A stretch of DNA of 64,000 nt from Thermofilaceae archaeon (GTDB taxonomy: Archaea > Thermoproteota > Thermoprotei > Thermofilales > Thermofilaceae), in the NCBI GenBank assembly GCA_038861545.1, contig JAWCCZ010000001.1, positions 320,001 through 384,000 on the forward strand, written 5' to 3'. Position numbers and translations under genes: made by a program. Under the pieces are notes generated by a model. The model did not search any database. It was not told where the DNA came from and saw nothing but the letters and a program-made list of their open reading frames with translations. This document shows positions 10,128 through 19,569 of this stretch, in pieces (the first letter of the stretch is position 1; each line of letters starts with the position of its first letter).

Positions 10128-12173
10128 CTATAACGATTTTGACCGGGCGCAACTGATACGCCTTAAAACTATTGTGGATAGCACGGCAACTAATACAAAT
10201 AGTAAACTAACGACTAAGAGCGACTTTCGCTGAGATTCCACTTTAACAGTAACCTTGGTGCTAGACGGCAAGTAAAGATTACTACCGTTGTAGATTACCC
10301 AGATCGTCCAGTTGCCCTCTTCAAGTCGAAGTTTCGAGCTGAAGTAGCCATTGACGTCTGTCATTGCCGAAGTTTCTATGCTATTGAAGGATTCTGCAGT
10401 AATAGTTACCGTGGCGTTCGCTATCCGTGGTTCCAAGACTCCGGATATGGTCAGTGTATTGTCCGCGATACCGTAATCTACAGTCAACTTAGTAGGGATG
10501 CGAACAACAATCTTCGAGTTAACGTGCGCGCTATCGTAAGCCTCTGAGCCTTGCCAAAAGGCATCTAGTTTGTATTCACCGGGTTCCACTGCAGGGAGTT
10601 CGGCGTAAAGATACCCCTTGCTTGCTGGAAGAGTTAAAGCTTTTACTGTGCCATTGGGCAATGAAAGTAGAAGGGAGAAAGTAGTATTTAACGGGGGGTT
10701 TAACTGCGCCTGTATTAAGAGTGAAGAGTTGCCTGCTGTTGCGTTGAGTACTATTGAGCTCGGTAATTTCTCTACATAAACCGTAAATTCCCGTGAACAA
10801 GGCATGTATTCCGGTAAACCTGGGAATGTTACGTTAAATGTCCAGGTGCCTGCTTCATAGAAAGTAATTGAAAAGTTCCATTTCCCTGCAAGATCCGTTT
10901 TCACTACCTCAGTTATTTCGTGCCCACTAGGGCTTCTGACCTCGATTAAGAGAGTAGTATTCGAGGGAGATGGTTCCAGCAATCCATTAACCTCTATGTT
11001 CTCAAACGCCTTAGCTTTACTTGGGTATTCAATCTTTAGGCTTGTCCGCTTAACCCATGGCAAAGGTAACGGCTGGAAGAACCCGGTTACCCTCTTTAGG
11101 CTATCTCCCTTGCGCACAACAGCGTACTGAGTATAAAAGAAAAGCGGGGACGATAGAGACTCCGCGTACACCGCTCGCGATTCGCCGATATAATCCGTAT
11201 GGCAAATGTTTCCTATTCTTATAGTTGCTGTGGTGCGCCATTTCCAATGGTCTGACGTAGCCGAAGTGGCGATCGCATTGAGGGGGTTTTCCTTGCCCAG
11301 GTTATAGGTCAAATCTACGGGTAACCATCCCCAAGGTGGTACATAAACTTCAGCCCACCCATGCCCGTAATCTATGCCCAGGAAGCTCCAATAAAAGTGT
11401 GATCCAGGGGCCCAGCTTACTCTTTCGTTTCTGTAATTGAAATCCGTGATTAAGGCGATTTTTAGGTAAGAGGGAATTCCAAGTGAGCGCAGCATCAATA
11501 TTAGTAGGTTAGCCTGGTCGTCGCAGTCGCCTTCTCCTCTACCTTCGCTGATAAGAGCGGGCGGCAGCGTTTCATTCGGGTAACGTGGGGGTCCGGTTCC
11601 GTACTCCACTTTTTTCCACAACCATTCAGTTAATCGGGTGACAATTGCCAGAACATTTATTTCTTCCCCGGCAATCTCACGCGCCACCTCGGCTAGATAC
11701 GCCATGTTAACTTGGTCGTAACGCCAAGAGCCTTCCGCTTTCGTGTACAGTTTTAGCTCTGGCGGTATATGGCTTACGAACCCTGATAATTCGAAGCTGA
11801 GTTCCGGAGCCCTAAACCTTTCCACGTAAACTTCTGAAACAGCCGTAATTTCGAGTGTTCCCTTAGCGGGTAGGGACCGAGGGCATTGAACTTCGAGGTA
11901 CCTTGTGCCACAGTCGCCATCTGTGACGCGAGTACGGCAGTAAGCCTCAACTCCGTTTAGCTTCACAGTTACGTTGATCAACCTTGAGCGTTGATACGTG
12001 TCATTAAGAGGCAAGTCGAGGAGAAGGGGTTTAAGAGGATAAGGGTTTGTAGAGTTATTTACAACTGTTAAGCGAACCCAAAAATACACTTGAACGTTCT
12101 GAGGCTCTCCTAACGTTATGGTGGGATGTGCTAGAGTAAGCGTAAAAAGTAATACCAAAATTACCTTTCTCAA
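10128..12173 (-). CDS. Surface-anchored transglutaminase-like cysteine protease with Ig-like repeats
   Basis: Signal peptide; catalytic triad GDCDD / GHGWAE / VDLT; C-terminal Ig-like repeats (FPGLPEY, WQGSEAY, YNGSNLY) and a TM anchor. Confidence 0.85.
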   Translation of the reverse strand: MRKVILVLLFTLTLAHPTITLGEPQNVQVYFWVRLTVVNNSTNPYPLKPLLLDLPLNDTYQRSRLINVTVKLNGVEAYCRTRVTDGDCGTRYLEVQCPRSLPAKGTLEITAVSEVYVERFRAPELSFELSGFVSHIPPELKLYTKAEGSWRYDQVNMAYLAEVAREIAGEEINVLAIVTRLTEWLWKKVEYGTGPPRYPNETLPPALISEGRGEGDCDDQANLLILMLRSLGIPSYLKIALITDFNYRNERVSWAPGSHFYWSFLGIDYGHGWAEVYVPPWGWLPVDLTYNLGKENPLNAIATSATSDHWKWRTTATIRIGNICHTDYIGESRAVYAESLSSPLFFYTQYAVVRKGDSLKRVTGFFQPLPLPWVKRTSLKIEYPSKAKAFENIEVNGLLEPSPSNTTLLIEVRSPSGHEITEVVKTDLAGKWNFSITFYEAGTWTFNVTFPGLPEYMPCSREFTVYVEKLPSSIVLNATAGNSSLLIQAQLNPPLNTTFSLLLSLPNGTVKALTLPASKGYLYAELPAVEPGEYKLDAFWQGSEAYDSAHVNSKIVVRIPTKLTVDYGIADNTLTISGVLEPRIANATVTITAESFNSIETSAMTDVNGYFSSKLRLEEGNWTIWVIYNGSNLYLPSSTKVTVKVESQRKSLLVVSLLFVLVAVLSTIVLRRISCARSKSL

Positions 12174-12181
12174 TTAACCAC

Positions 12182-12871
12182 CTAAGCTGGGTAAGTTAAC
12201 GACTCTCCAGGTTTGAGCGTTACTACCTTTGTTGAGGTAAGTGTTTCAACCAGTTTCCTAAATTCCTCTGGATCAGCTCTTATTAGAGGGAAAGTGTTAT
12301 AATGCATAGGGATTGCAATTTTCGGCCTTAGCAGCTGAACAGCTTTTACCGCCTCCTTAACCCCCATGGTGAAATGACCGCCGATGGGAAGTAGCGCAAC
12401 GTCAGGCGAATAAAGCTCGCCGATTAGGGCCATGTCACCGAATAGCCCCGTATCGCCTGAGTGATATATTCTTGCCTCAGAGCCGCCGATCACTACACCA
12501 GTCGGTATTCCGCTTAAGCTGCTATGCACAGCCGGGGTTAGTGCAATGAAAAGATCATCCACTGATAGAGCTCCTCCAACGTTGCCGCCTATTGCCTCAA
12601 CCCCCTGAGTCCTTAGTCGATCAGCTAACTCGTATACGCCGACTATCACCCCCCTCGTTAGGTTGGAGAGCTCGATAGCGTTGCCTAGATGATCACCATG
12701 GTCATGTGTGATAACTATGTAGTTAATTTTAACGCCGCAGTAATCGGTTACCTTAACCGGGCTAAAGGGGTTCTCTAACCATGGATCAATAAGGACTCTT
12801 TTCTCTTCTGAATCGAGACCGATCAACTTTATGTCAAATGCCCCATGCCCGAGGTACTTAATTACCGCCAC
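12182..12871 (-). CDS. UPF0173 metallo-beta-lactamase-fold metal-dependent hydrolase
   Basis: THDHGDH, HSGDT, PIGGHFTMG, PMHYNTF. Confidence 0.9.
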   Translation of the reverse strand: MAVIKYLGHGAFDIKLIGLDSEEKRVLIDPWLENPFSPVKVTDYCGVKINYIVITHDHGDHLGNAIELSNLTRGVIVGVYELADRLRTQGVEAIGGNVGGALSVDDLFIALTPAVHSSLSGIPTGVVIGGSEARIYHSGDTGLFGDMALIGELYSPDVALLPIGGHFTMGVKEAVKAVQLLRPKIAIPMHYNTFPLIRADPEEFRKLVETLTSTKVVTLKPGESLTYPA

Positions 12872-12878
12872 TCCTCTT

Positions 12879-13421
12879 TTAATCTCCAGTGCGATATAAG
12901 TGCTTCCTTACCCATGAACGCTTGCCCGGAGTTACCGCGTACTTCTCTAAGGTTTCAGGGTGCTCCCTAATGAAAGCAAAGTAGGCTTGTCTACTTAGCG
13001 AGTCGGCTTCTTTGTTCCCCGAACGAGGCACCCACTCAAACCGCACATTTCTGAATCGGTTGATTAAGGTTACCGTGCGATGATAAAGAGGGGCTATACG
13101 CTGACTGTGGACAGAGTATTCCCCCTTAAGCTGACTGATCGTCAACTGGCTGTCGCCCCTTACAACCAGTTCCTCGTCAGAATAACCGTTCTCGAGTAAC
13201 CACTCAAGAGCCTTGATAAGAGCCATGTACTCAGCAACGTTATTCGTAACGTCATCGCCTAGGTAGCCTGCCCCAACAAACCCTCCTTCAGAATGCATTA
13301 AGCTGTCGCCTCTGTAGATTGTGAAGCCGTAAGTTGCAATGCCACCAGGGTTCACAGGCTCGCAAAGGCCGTCAAAATAGACGATAATTTTTACAGGGTT
13401 CCTTTCTACTTTTAAGGCCAT
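12879..13421 (-). CDS. rnhA: Ribonuclease HI (archaeal type 1)
   Basis: YFDGLCEPVNPGG, TNNVAEY, GDSQL, WVPRSGNKEAD. Confidence 0.92.
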   Translation of the reverse strand: MALKVERNPVKIIVYFDGLCEPVNPGGIATYGFTIYRGDSLMHSEGGFVGAGYLGDDVTNNVAEYMALIKALEWLLENGYSDEELVVRGDSQLTISQLKGEYSVHSQRIAPLYHRTVTLINRFRNVRFEWVPRSGNKEADSLSRQAYFAFIREHPETLEKYAVTPGKRSWVRKHLYRTGD

Positions 13422-13647
13422 CTTCTTTCATCCTATCGTGTAGGTGCACTACTATAACAAATCTTCTCTCCCCTAATTCTTCACCTAAAAATACGCTAAG
13501 CTGCCTCGAGCTACTAGCTACAATTATCAGTACCCTTAAATTGTAAGCAACTCTGATCGGAGAGGTTTCACGAAGAGTTAACGGTTGAATCAGTAGCAAT
13601 GCAACTTAAAGGTAGGATATTTTAACAAGTTTTTGCCTCGTAACTAG

Positions 13648-14568
13648 CTACTCTAGTATCACGGCGTCATCGGGTTCACCGTCCCCGTCCGAGTCAACTC
13701 CTTCAACTACGTGCGCTATTGTCCTGCGATCGGACGAGTTTGGCTTGGAGAGATCCGATCCTCGCTTAAACAGGGCGGATACTGCTGCTTTAGTCCCCGA
13801 GAGGTGCAACCCAGCTATCAATAATATTCGTCCAGTGCCAAGAGGGTTTTCTAAAAGCTCTATTACCGCGCAGTTTTCATCACCGTACTCCCTTTTCGAG
13901 AGCATGGAAACAATGAGATTTCCTCGAGATAGGTCGAAACGTATCGGGAGTTTATCGTTTACGCTTGCAGTCACCATGTTCACAGCTGGTCCCCCGAGGA
14001 GAAGAAGGTTGGCATTAGTTAAGTCTACATTGTGATCGGTATCGAGTACTACGTTAAGACGAGCTTTGGAGCCATACGCCGCACCGATAAGGTAGGCTAT
14101 GTGTGCAGCTAAGTGGTGGTCCCTTCCCCGGCTCCGGAACGGGCCATGAGGTTCAGGGCTACTTAAAACCATATAGACTGGTTTATCTTCCTTGAAAAGC
14201 TCCGCGATGAGTTGCGGGAGAACAGTAAGGTGCTCGCCTACCCCATGCTCGCGGAAAATAACAGCAAATCCCTCGGCCGCGAGCTCGTATTTGACCGCAA
14301 GCGCACCTCGCTTGCGGTCAATTCCAATTTCTTTTACAAGACCGGTTTTCTTTAAACGTGACATGTGGTAGTAGACCAACTGTTCATTAACTTTCAATGT
14401 CTTCGCGAGCTCTAATGGATACTGTGGCCCCTCTGCGAGTGCCCGCAGCAGCTTCAAACGAAGAGGATGCGCAATGGCTTTCATCACGTTTGAGTCTTTT
14501 ATCTCCTTTACGTATCCTTTTAGCCTGCCGCTATCCGTTTCTATTAGGGCGTATACACTGTTCTCCAT
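13648..14568 (-). CDS. ArsR-family HTH regulator fused to an S-layer-C-like domain
   Basis: AHPLRLKLL...LVYYH HTH; LLGGPAVN motif; C-terminal DSDGDG. Confidence 0.75.
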   Translation of the reverse strand: MENSVYALIETDSGRLKGYVKEIKDSNVMKAIAHPLRLKLLRALAEGPQYPLELAKTLKVNEQLVYYHMSRLKKTGLVKEIGIDRKRGALAVKYELAAEGFAVIFREHGVGEHLTVLPQLIAELFKEDKPVYMVLSSPEPHGPFRSRGRDHHLAAHIAYLIGAAYGSKARLNVVLDTDHNVDLTNANLLLLGGPAVNMVTASVNDKLPIRFDLSRGNLIVSMLSKREYGDENCAVIELLENPLGTGRILLIAGLHLSGTKAAVSALFKRGSDLSKPNSSDRRTIAHVVEGVDSDGDGEPDDAVILE

Positions 14569-14694
14569 TGCAAAACCTCTTAAATTATTAAAAATAAGCT
14601 TTTCCCTTAATCATGTTAAAACGCTTACTTTATTTAATATTTTTTCAACTAAAAAGAAAGAAAAGTTAATTATACAGTATCTAGTCTGGCTCTT

Positions 14695-16005
14695 ATGCGA
14701 GTAGCTGTATTCGAAGACTCAGCAGCTTTAAATCTAATTCCTCTTACGTATACAAAGGCAATTTACGACTTGCTAGTAGGTTGCCGCACGCTTCTAGAGA
14801 GAGCATCCCTCGAATTTGGTCGCGTAGACTACGTTTTCGTTAGAAGCTACTTAGCCGGATTCTATGCTAAAGAACGAGGTTTGCCTACTAACCCCCGGGA
14901 AACGGATGATGATTTACTGCTAATCAATCCCCGGTATATCGTTAACCAGCCGGTAGTAGGTTTATTGAAAGCGAAGGTCAAAGAGGGTAGGCCCTTTATG
15001 CTTCTTCACGGTGATGATGTAGTTGGTGCTTTACTCCCTGAGCGCTCAGCTATGGAGTTATTAAATTCATATTCATACTCTGAAGAATTGGAGCATTTCC
15101 TTAAAAACTTAGAACTTAAATTCTACACTCTTAGCTTAGAGAGCGGTGAAGGAGTAGAAAACCTTTGGGATTTGATCGAGTGGAACGAGAAACTACTTAG
15201 CGCCGATCTTTTAGATCGCTGTGGAAGGCTAGAGGGTGATATTAGTGATAAAGCCGTAATTTTAGGCGATAAAATTTCTATCATGGAAGGCGCTGAAATA
15301 GGACCCTATGCGGTGATAGACTGTAGGAAGGGGCCTGTGTTTATCGATAAGAGAGCCGTAGTGAACTCTTTCTCCTACATTGAAGGGCCCTCACACATTG
15401 GCAAGGACACAGTGGTTATGCCTGGAGCTAAGTTGCGCGGAGGCATAGTAATCGGCCCTGTATGCCGAGTAGGCGGGGAAATCGAAGCAGCGGTTTTTCA
15501 CGGGTACAGTAACAAATACCATGATGGTTTCATTGGTCATGCATATGTTGGGGAGTGGGTAAATCTTGGAGCCCTAACTACTAACAGTGATCTTAAAAAT
15601 ACCTATGGCACGGTCAGAGTAAACACAGTCCGCGGAAGGGAAGATACGTGTAGGATGAAGGTAGGGGCTTTCATTGGGGATATGGCTAAAACCAGCATTG
15701 GCACTTTCATCTACACAGGCAAGCGTATAGGAGTAGCCTCGCACTCACATGGCTTAGTAGTAGAGGATGTGCCGTCCTTTACCATCTATGCGAAACAATT
15801 TGGGTGTGAGCTGCTTGAGCTAGAGCTTGAGTCGGCTATAAGAACCCAGAAAAGGATGATGGCTAGACGTGGGATACCTATGAGTGAAGCTATGGAACGC
15901 TTAATCCGGGATGTTTTTCGAATCACAGTTGAAGAAAGGCAAAAAGCCGGCGTGAAGCAGGGGCCGCTCAACTTAACACTTTCCCCCTTTTTGCAAGCCC
16001 GCTAG
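14695..16005 (+). CDS. GlmU-related putative sugar nucleotidyltransferase/acetyltransferase
   Basis: N-terminal FED...PLTYTK...DLLVG; hexapeptide repeats; NKYHDGFIGHAYVGEWVNLGALTTNSDLKNTY. Confidence 0.85.
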   Translation: MRVAVFEDSAALNLIPLTYTKAIYDLLVGCRTLLERASLEFGRVDYVFVRSYLAGFYAKERGLPTNPRETDDDLLLINPRYIVNQPVVGLLKAKVKEGRPFMLLHGDDVVGALLPERSAMELLNSYSYSEELEHFLKNLELKFYTLSLESGEGVENLWDLIEWNEKLLSADLLDRCGRLEGDISDKAVILGDKISIMEGAEIGPYAVIDCRKGPVFIDKRAVVNSFSYIEGPSHIGKDTVVMPGAKLRGGIVIGPVCRVGGEIEAAVFHGYSNKYHDGFIGHAYVGEWVNLGALTTNSDLKNTYGTVRVNTVRGREDTCRMKVGAFIGDMAKTSIGTFIYTGKRIGVASHSHGLVVEDVPSFTIYAKQFGCELLELELESAIRTQKRMMARRGIPMSEAMERLIRDVFRITVEERQKAGVKQGPLNLTLSPFLQAR

Positions 16006-16081
16006 CTTGGCAAGTAGTCAGTTCAGTGCTATGTGCCCAGCAATGCGAAAAAATTTTTTGAGTCGGTTGTAGACTCTTGTC

Positions 16082-16957
16082 ATGGTCCCCACATTCATTT
16101 TAGTTGTAACGTTGATAGCACTGCTCCATATATTCAAGGATGGAGGGTTTGGAGAGGAGTCAAAGTTGCAGTTGCTGCTTCACACCTTCTACGCCAGGAT
16201 TGAACCCGGGGTAGTATGGTTTACCGATAAACTGTTGCGATCTAGGTTGCTATCCGAAACTAAGCCTGGCAGATTAATTTTAAAGTTTATTGCTAAGATT
16301 CTGTGGTTCCTGCCTCATGGGGTAGTTATAGACCATGATGCAGTACTTAGGCTGATTGATAGTCTTCCAGAAGATTCGCATATCGCAATAGGCCCTTGTC
16401 TTTGTAAAATCGGAGCTGGAACCAGAGAAGAACCGTTTAACACGGATATGGTGATAATGTACGGTGCTAAAGCATACAAACTTGCGCATCCCAACGAGTA
16501 TAGGTATATATCGAAGGATGAGGCAAAAAATCTCTTAAGGAAATTCAGGGATCATAACTTAGTCCACGAGGTATACGCATGCTTTGAAGCTAGATCCTGG
16601 GCGTTTGTCATTTGCAACTGTGATGTACGTTACTGTGTCCCAACTCGAAGCCAACTCGTAGTAAAGGAAGGTGTATACCCTGGGCCGCTCGTAGCTGAGG
16701 TAAGAACGGAGAAGTGCGCCGGTCTCGAAAGCTGTGGGGCTTGCTTAAAAGTGTGCCCGTTTAAAGCCGTAGCTACAACTGGCGGGGGGAGATCCTCTGT
16801 AGACTTAACCAAGTGTATGGGTTGCGGAATATGCGTTTATCGGTGCCCTCAAGGTGCGAGGAGGTTAAAGCCAAGGGTGAGATACAATCCTCGCTTCCTC
16901 CCGATTCATTTTACACACCCTGAACTCGCCGAACATTTAAATCTCGAAAATGAGTAA
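16082..16957 (+). CDS. 4Fe-4S dicluster ferredoxin-domain protein
   Basis: CAGLESCGACLKVCP and CMGCGICVYRCP; additional CLC and ICNC motifs. Confidence 0.85.
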   Translation: MVPTFILVVTLIALLHIFKDGGFGEESKLQLLLHTFYARIEPGVVWFTDKLLRSRLLSETKPGRLILKFIAKILWFLPHGVVIDHDAVLRLIDSLPEDSHIAIGPCLCKIGAGTREEPFNTDMVIMYGAKAYKLAHPNEYRYISKDEAKNLLRKFRDHNLVHEVYACFEARSWAFVICNCDVRYCVPTRSQLVVKEGVYPGPLVAEVRTEKCAGLESCGACLKVCPFKAVATTGGGRSSVDLTKCMGCGICVYRCPQGARRLKPRVRYNPRFLPIHFTHPELAEHLNLENE

Positions 16958-16958
16958 A

Positions 16959-18089
16959 CTACGATCCAATTTTCTTAAACCTGGCTAAACTCAGCCTGCG
17001 TTCCCTCTTTCTCTCTTTTGTTTTTGTGAATCTCTTGTAAGCCGCATCTACAGCTTCGATAGCCGCTTCAACTGGATTCCAAGCTTCAGCCGATGCAGAA
17101 TGCACTCCCACGTCCAGCTTTATTGCCGCGTGAGCCTCGTAGCGGGCTCGTTCGCCTTTCCTTCTGGTTTTTAGCACAACGCTCATTTCTATAAGGCGTC
17201 CCCTTTCAGATACTAGCTTAGCAGTTTCGAAACATTTCATATGAATCAAGCGTTGCGATACGAAGTCCAGCTCGCTTAGGCCTTCCAGGCGGAGTGGGAT
17301 AGCGGCTTCCTCGACTGCCGGTAAGAGCCGGCGGAGAAGTAGGTATGGCGAGATTACGCCCAGAACTTTACCTGCGTTATCAACTACAATGGCCCCCTCG
17401 GCTAGATCATGTACCGTCGGCACGCTTTCGGGGTGGATTATTCGGCTGTATTCGATAACTAGCTTCTTAACAGGTTGCTCAAGGAAATATTCGACGTCTC
17501 CTTTAATCTCTCCAATTTTATCCCTTTTAAGAGGAGTCACGTACAGGTACCGCACTAAGTCGTAGGCTCGAACAACTCCTTCTAAACTTTTTTCGCCGGC
17601 AACGGGGACGAGCCTCAATCCCACGTTCACGGTTAATTTCCGAGCTTTCTCTATAGGATCCTCGGGGCGCAGAGGCTCAAGCGGGTACATGATCAAACCC
17701 GCTGGAGCGTTCGCGTTTACCCCCATTGCTAAGATGAGTTTCCTAGCAGACACCACTCCCTCCACAGTTCCGTCTTTCACGAAAGCTAGCCCGGGAAAAC
17801 CAGTCCTAACGAAGGCCCGAGCTATGCTTATGAGGTCCGTTGCATCTTCGATAACCGGCGCTTTCTCAACAACGTTTCGAATTTTCGTCGAGCTTGGAGC
17901 GCGTTTTCGAAGCAGAGAAAAGATGGAAACTAGACCAGTGTATTTTCCCTCGTTGCTGACCACAGGTAAAGCGGGTACTTCCATCTCCCACATCTTTTCG
18001 GCGGCCAGCGATATTGTATCGTTTAATCTAAGAGGTTGGACGGGTACTATGAGGTCAAGTCTAGAAGCCTTACCCAAATTCATAAACAT
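16959..18089 (-). CDS. CBS-domain protein fused to an HPF/RaiA-like domain (archaeal Hib-type ribosome hibernation factor)
   Basis: Tandem CBS repeats followed by ...YEAHAAIKL...SASAEAWNPVEAAIEAVDAAYKRFTKTKERK, which fits the S30AE/HPF fold. Confidence 0.75.
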   Translation of the reverse strand: MFMNLGKASRLDLIVPVQPLRLNDTISLAAEKMWEMEVPALPVVSNEGKYTGLVSIFSLLRKRAPSSTKIRNVVEKAPVIEDATDLISIARAFVRTGFPGLAFVKDGTVEGVVSARKLILAMGVNANAPAGLIMYPLEPLRPEDPIEKARKLTVNVGLRLVPVAGEKSLEGVVRAYDLVRYLYVTPLKRDKIGEIKGDVEYFLEQPVKKLVIEYSRIIHPESVPTVHDLAEGAIVVDNAGKVLGVISPYLLLRRLLPAVEEAAIPLRLEGLSELDFVSQRLIHMKCFETAKLVSERGRLIEMSVVLKTRRKGERARYEAHAAIKLDVGVHSASAEAWNPVEAAIEAVDAAYKRFTKTKERKRERRLSLARFKKIGS

Positions 18090-18142
18090 GTATACGCCGT
18101 AAAAGAAGTATAAAAGGTATACGTAAGTCGTCTAGCGAGAGC

Positions 18143-19492
18143 CTACTTATAATGCACTTTCATTTCGGCATGGTAAGGCAGGTCAAGTATCTTCTTCACC
18201 AGCTCCTCCGCCTGCTCTTGGGAACGTGTCCAAGGGTCCATCATAACGAGCTCTACCAGCTTGCTACGATCTCCGGCCTCGTAAGCTTCTAGCTCCGTTT
18301 CCACTGGAGCTACACGGTCCCTTAACGCATAAGCCAAAACCCTTTTCGGTAAAGAGCCAGCTTGAATTCCATGGATTCCTCTGCCATCTACAAGGGCGGG
18401 AACTTCTACCTCGAAGTTCGAAGGTATCGTAGATACGAGGTTTCCCTTATTCATAATATTTACCTGGAAAACCCGCGGTACATCACATGCAATGGATTCG
18501 ATGAGCTGAACCACATCTTCATTCGATCTCTCGTGCCCGAATTTCTCAAAAACCGAAGACGACGGCTTTCTAGCGAATGCGATTAAGTCATCTACTCTAG
18601 CCTTTAACCAAGAGAAGTATCCCTCCCACCAGCTTCTAGGGTCTTCTCTCCATCTACTCTCTGTCTCATCATCCACGTGGTACCACCAGGGCCAAGCTCC
18701 TCCTCCTGGGGTGCAGGTATCCCCTAGCGGGAAGGCGCCGAACCTCTTATACAAGTCAACAGCTTTTGGCCCGGCTAAGTCGCTTGGCGGGCACGTCCTC
18801 CAGTACTCATCAGCTCCCCTCTCAATCCACGTATCGAGGATCGGGAAAGCGTTCTCGTCACCGTAACGAAACTCTACGAGCCAGATAAAGTGGTTGAGAC
18901 CGGGTGCGGAAAAACCGATTTTTTCTTTCTCCAAGTGAAGAATGCCAGCGAGATGGTAGACAGCTCTGTAGCCATGGCACAAGCCCACGATCCTCGCTTC
19001 GGGGTACTTCCTCCCCAGGTACGTTATGCCTGCGAGAACAGGGTTAGAGAGTTGAACATACCACGCGTCAGGGCATATGTCGAGAATATCCTCCATTATA
19101 GACTCGAATAGTTTAAACTGGTAGAAGTTGATCCAGAAAGCCTCGTCATGCATTATGTGAAAGCTACCACCGAATCTGTAACCCAGGCTCAAAGCTATGC
19201 TCCATCCCTCTCTGAGTCGATCGTGGCCGGCGGCTAGAGCTGTATTAATAACAAAGTCAGCATCTTCCAGCGCCTTCTTTCGATCGGTTGTTTTTTCGAT
19301 TATTAGCTTTGCATCGGTCTCCTTTGCAAACAGATTCAGCAACGAGTATACCGCGTTAAGGCGCTCCACGTTGACGTCCATCAAAGTCAGCGTAGCACCG
19401 TAAAGGTTTGGCGTTAAGACAAGGTCTTTAATCAAGTTTAGTGAAAAGACCGCGCTCCCCGCTCCTATGACGCTTATTTTAAAACTGATCAC
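18143..19492 (-). CDS. GH4 NAD+/Mn2+-dependent alpha-glycosidase
   Basis: IGAGSAVF, DADFVIN, NP, GLCHG, GLNHFIW. Confidence 0.9.
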   Translation of the reverse strand: MISFKISVIGAGSAVFSLNLIKDLVLTPNLYGATLTLMDVNVERLNAVYSLLNLFAKETDAKLIIEKTTDRKKALEDADFVINTALAAGHDRLREGWSIALSLGYRFGGSFHIMHDEAFWINFYQFKLFESIMEDILDICPDAWYVQLSNPVLAGITYLGRKYPEARIVGLCHGYRAVYHLAGILHLEKEKIGFSAPGLNHFIWLVEFRYGDENAFPILDTWIERGADEYWRTCPPSDLAGPKAVDLYKRFGAFPLGDTCTPGGGAWPWWYHVDDETESRWREDPRSWWEGYFSWLKARVDDLIAFARKPSSSVFEKFGHERSNEDVVQLIESIACDVPRVFQVNIMNKGNLVSTIPSNFEVEVPALVDGRGIHGIQAGSLPKRVLAYALRDRVAPVETELEAYEAGDRSKLVELVMMDPWTRSQEQAEELVKKILDLPYHAEMKVHYK

Positions 19493-19569
19493 GCCTGCTA
19501 GGCCTCGGGAAGTAGATAAACCTGGTTGCCGGAAAACCTTAATTGGTGTTGCTTGATACGCTCCGCTGT

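Noticed and set aside
10092-10156. GTGATGA after acyP as a box C
   Set aside because: It is the stop-codon context, and spacing to the next CTGA does not fit a C/D RNA.
13372-13599. 75-aa minus-strand ORF upstream of rnhA
   Set aside because: Overlaps rnhA out of frame, TTG start, no recognisable features.
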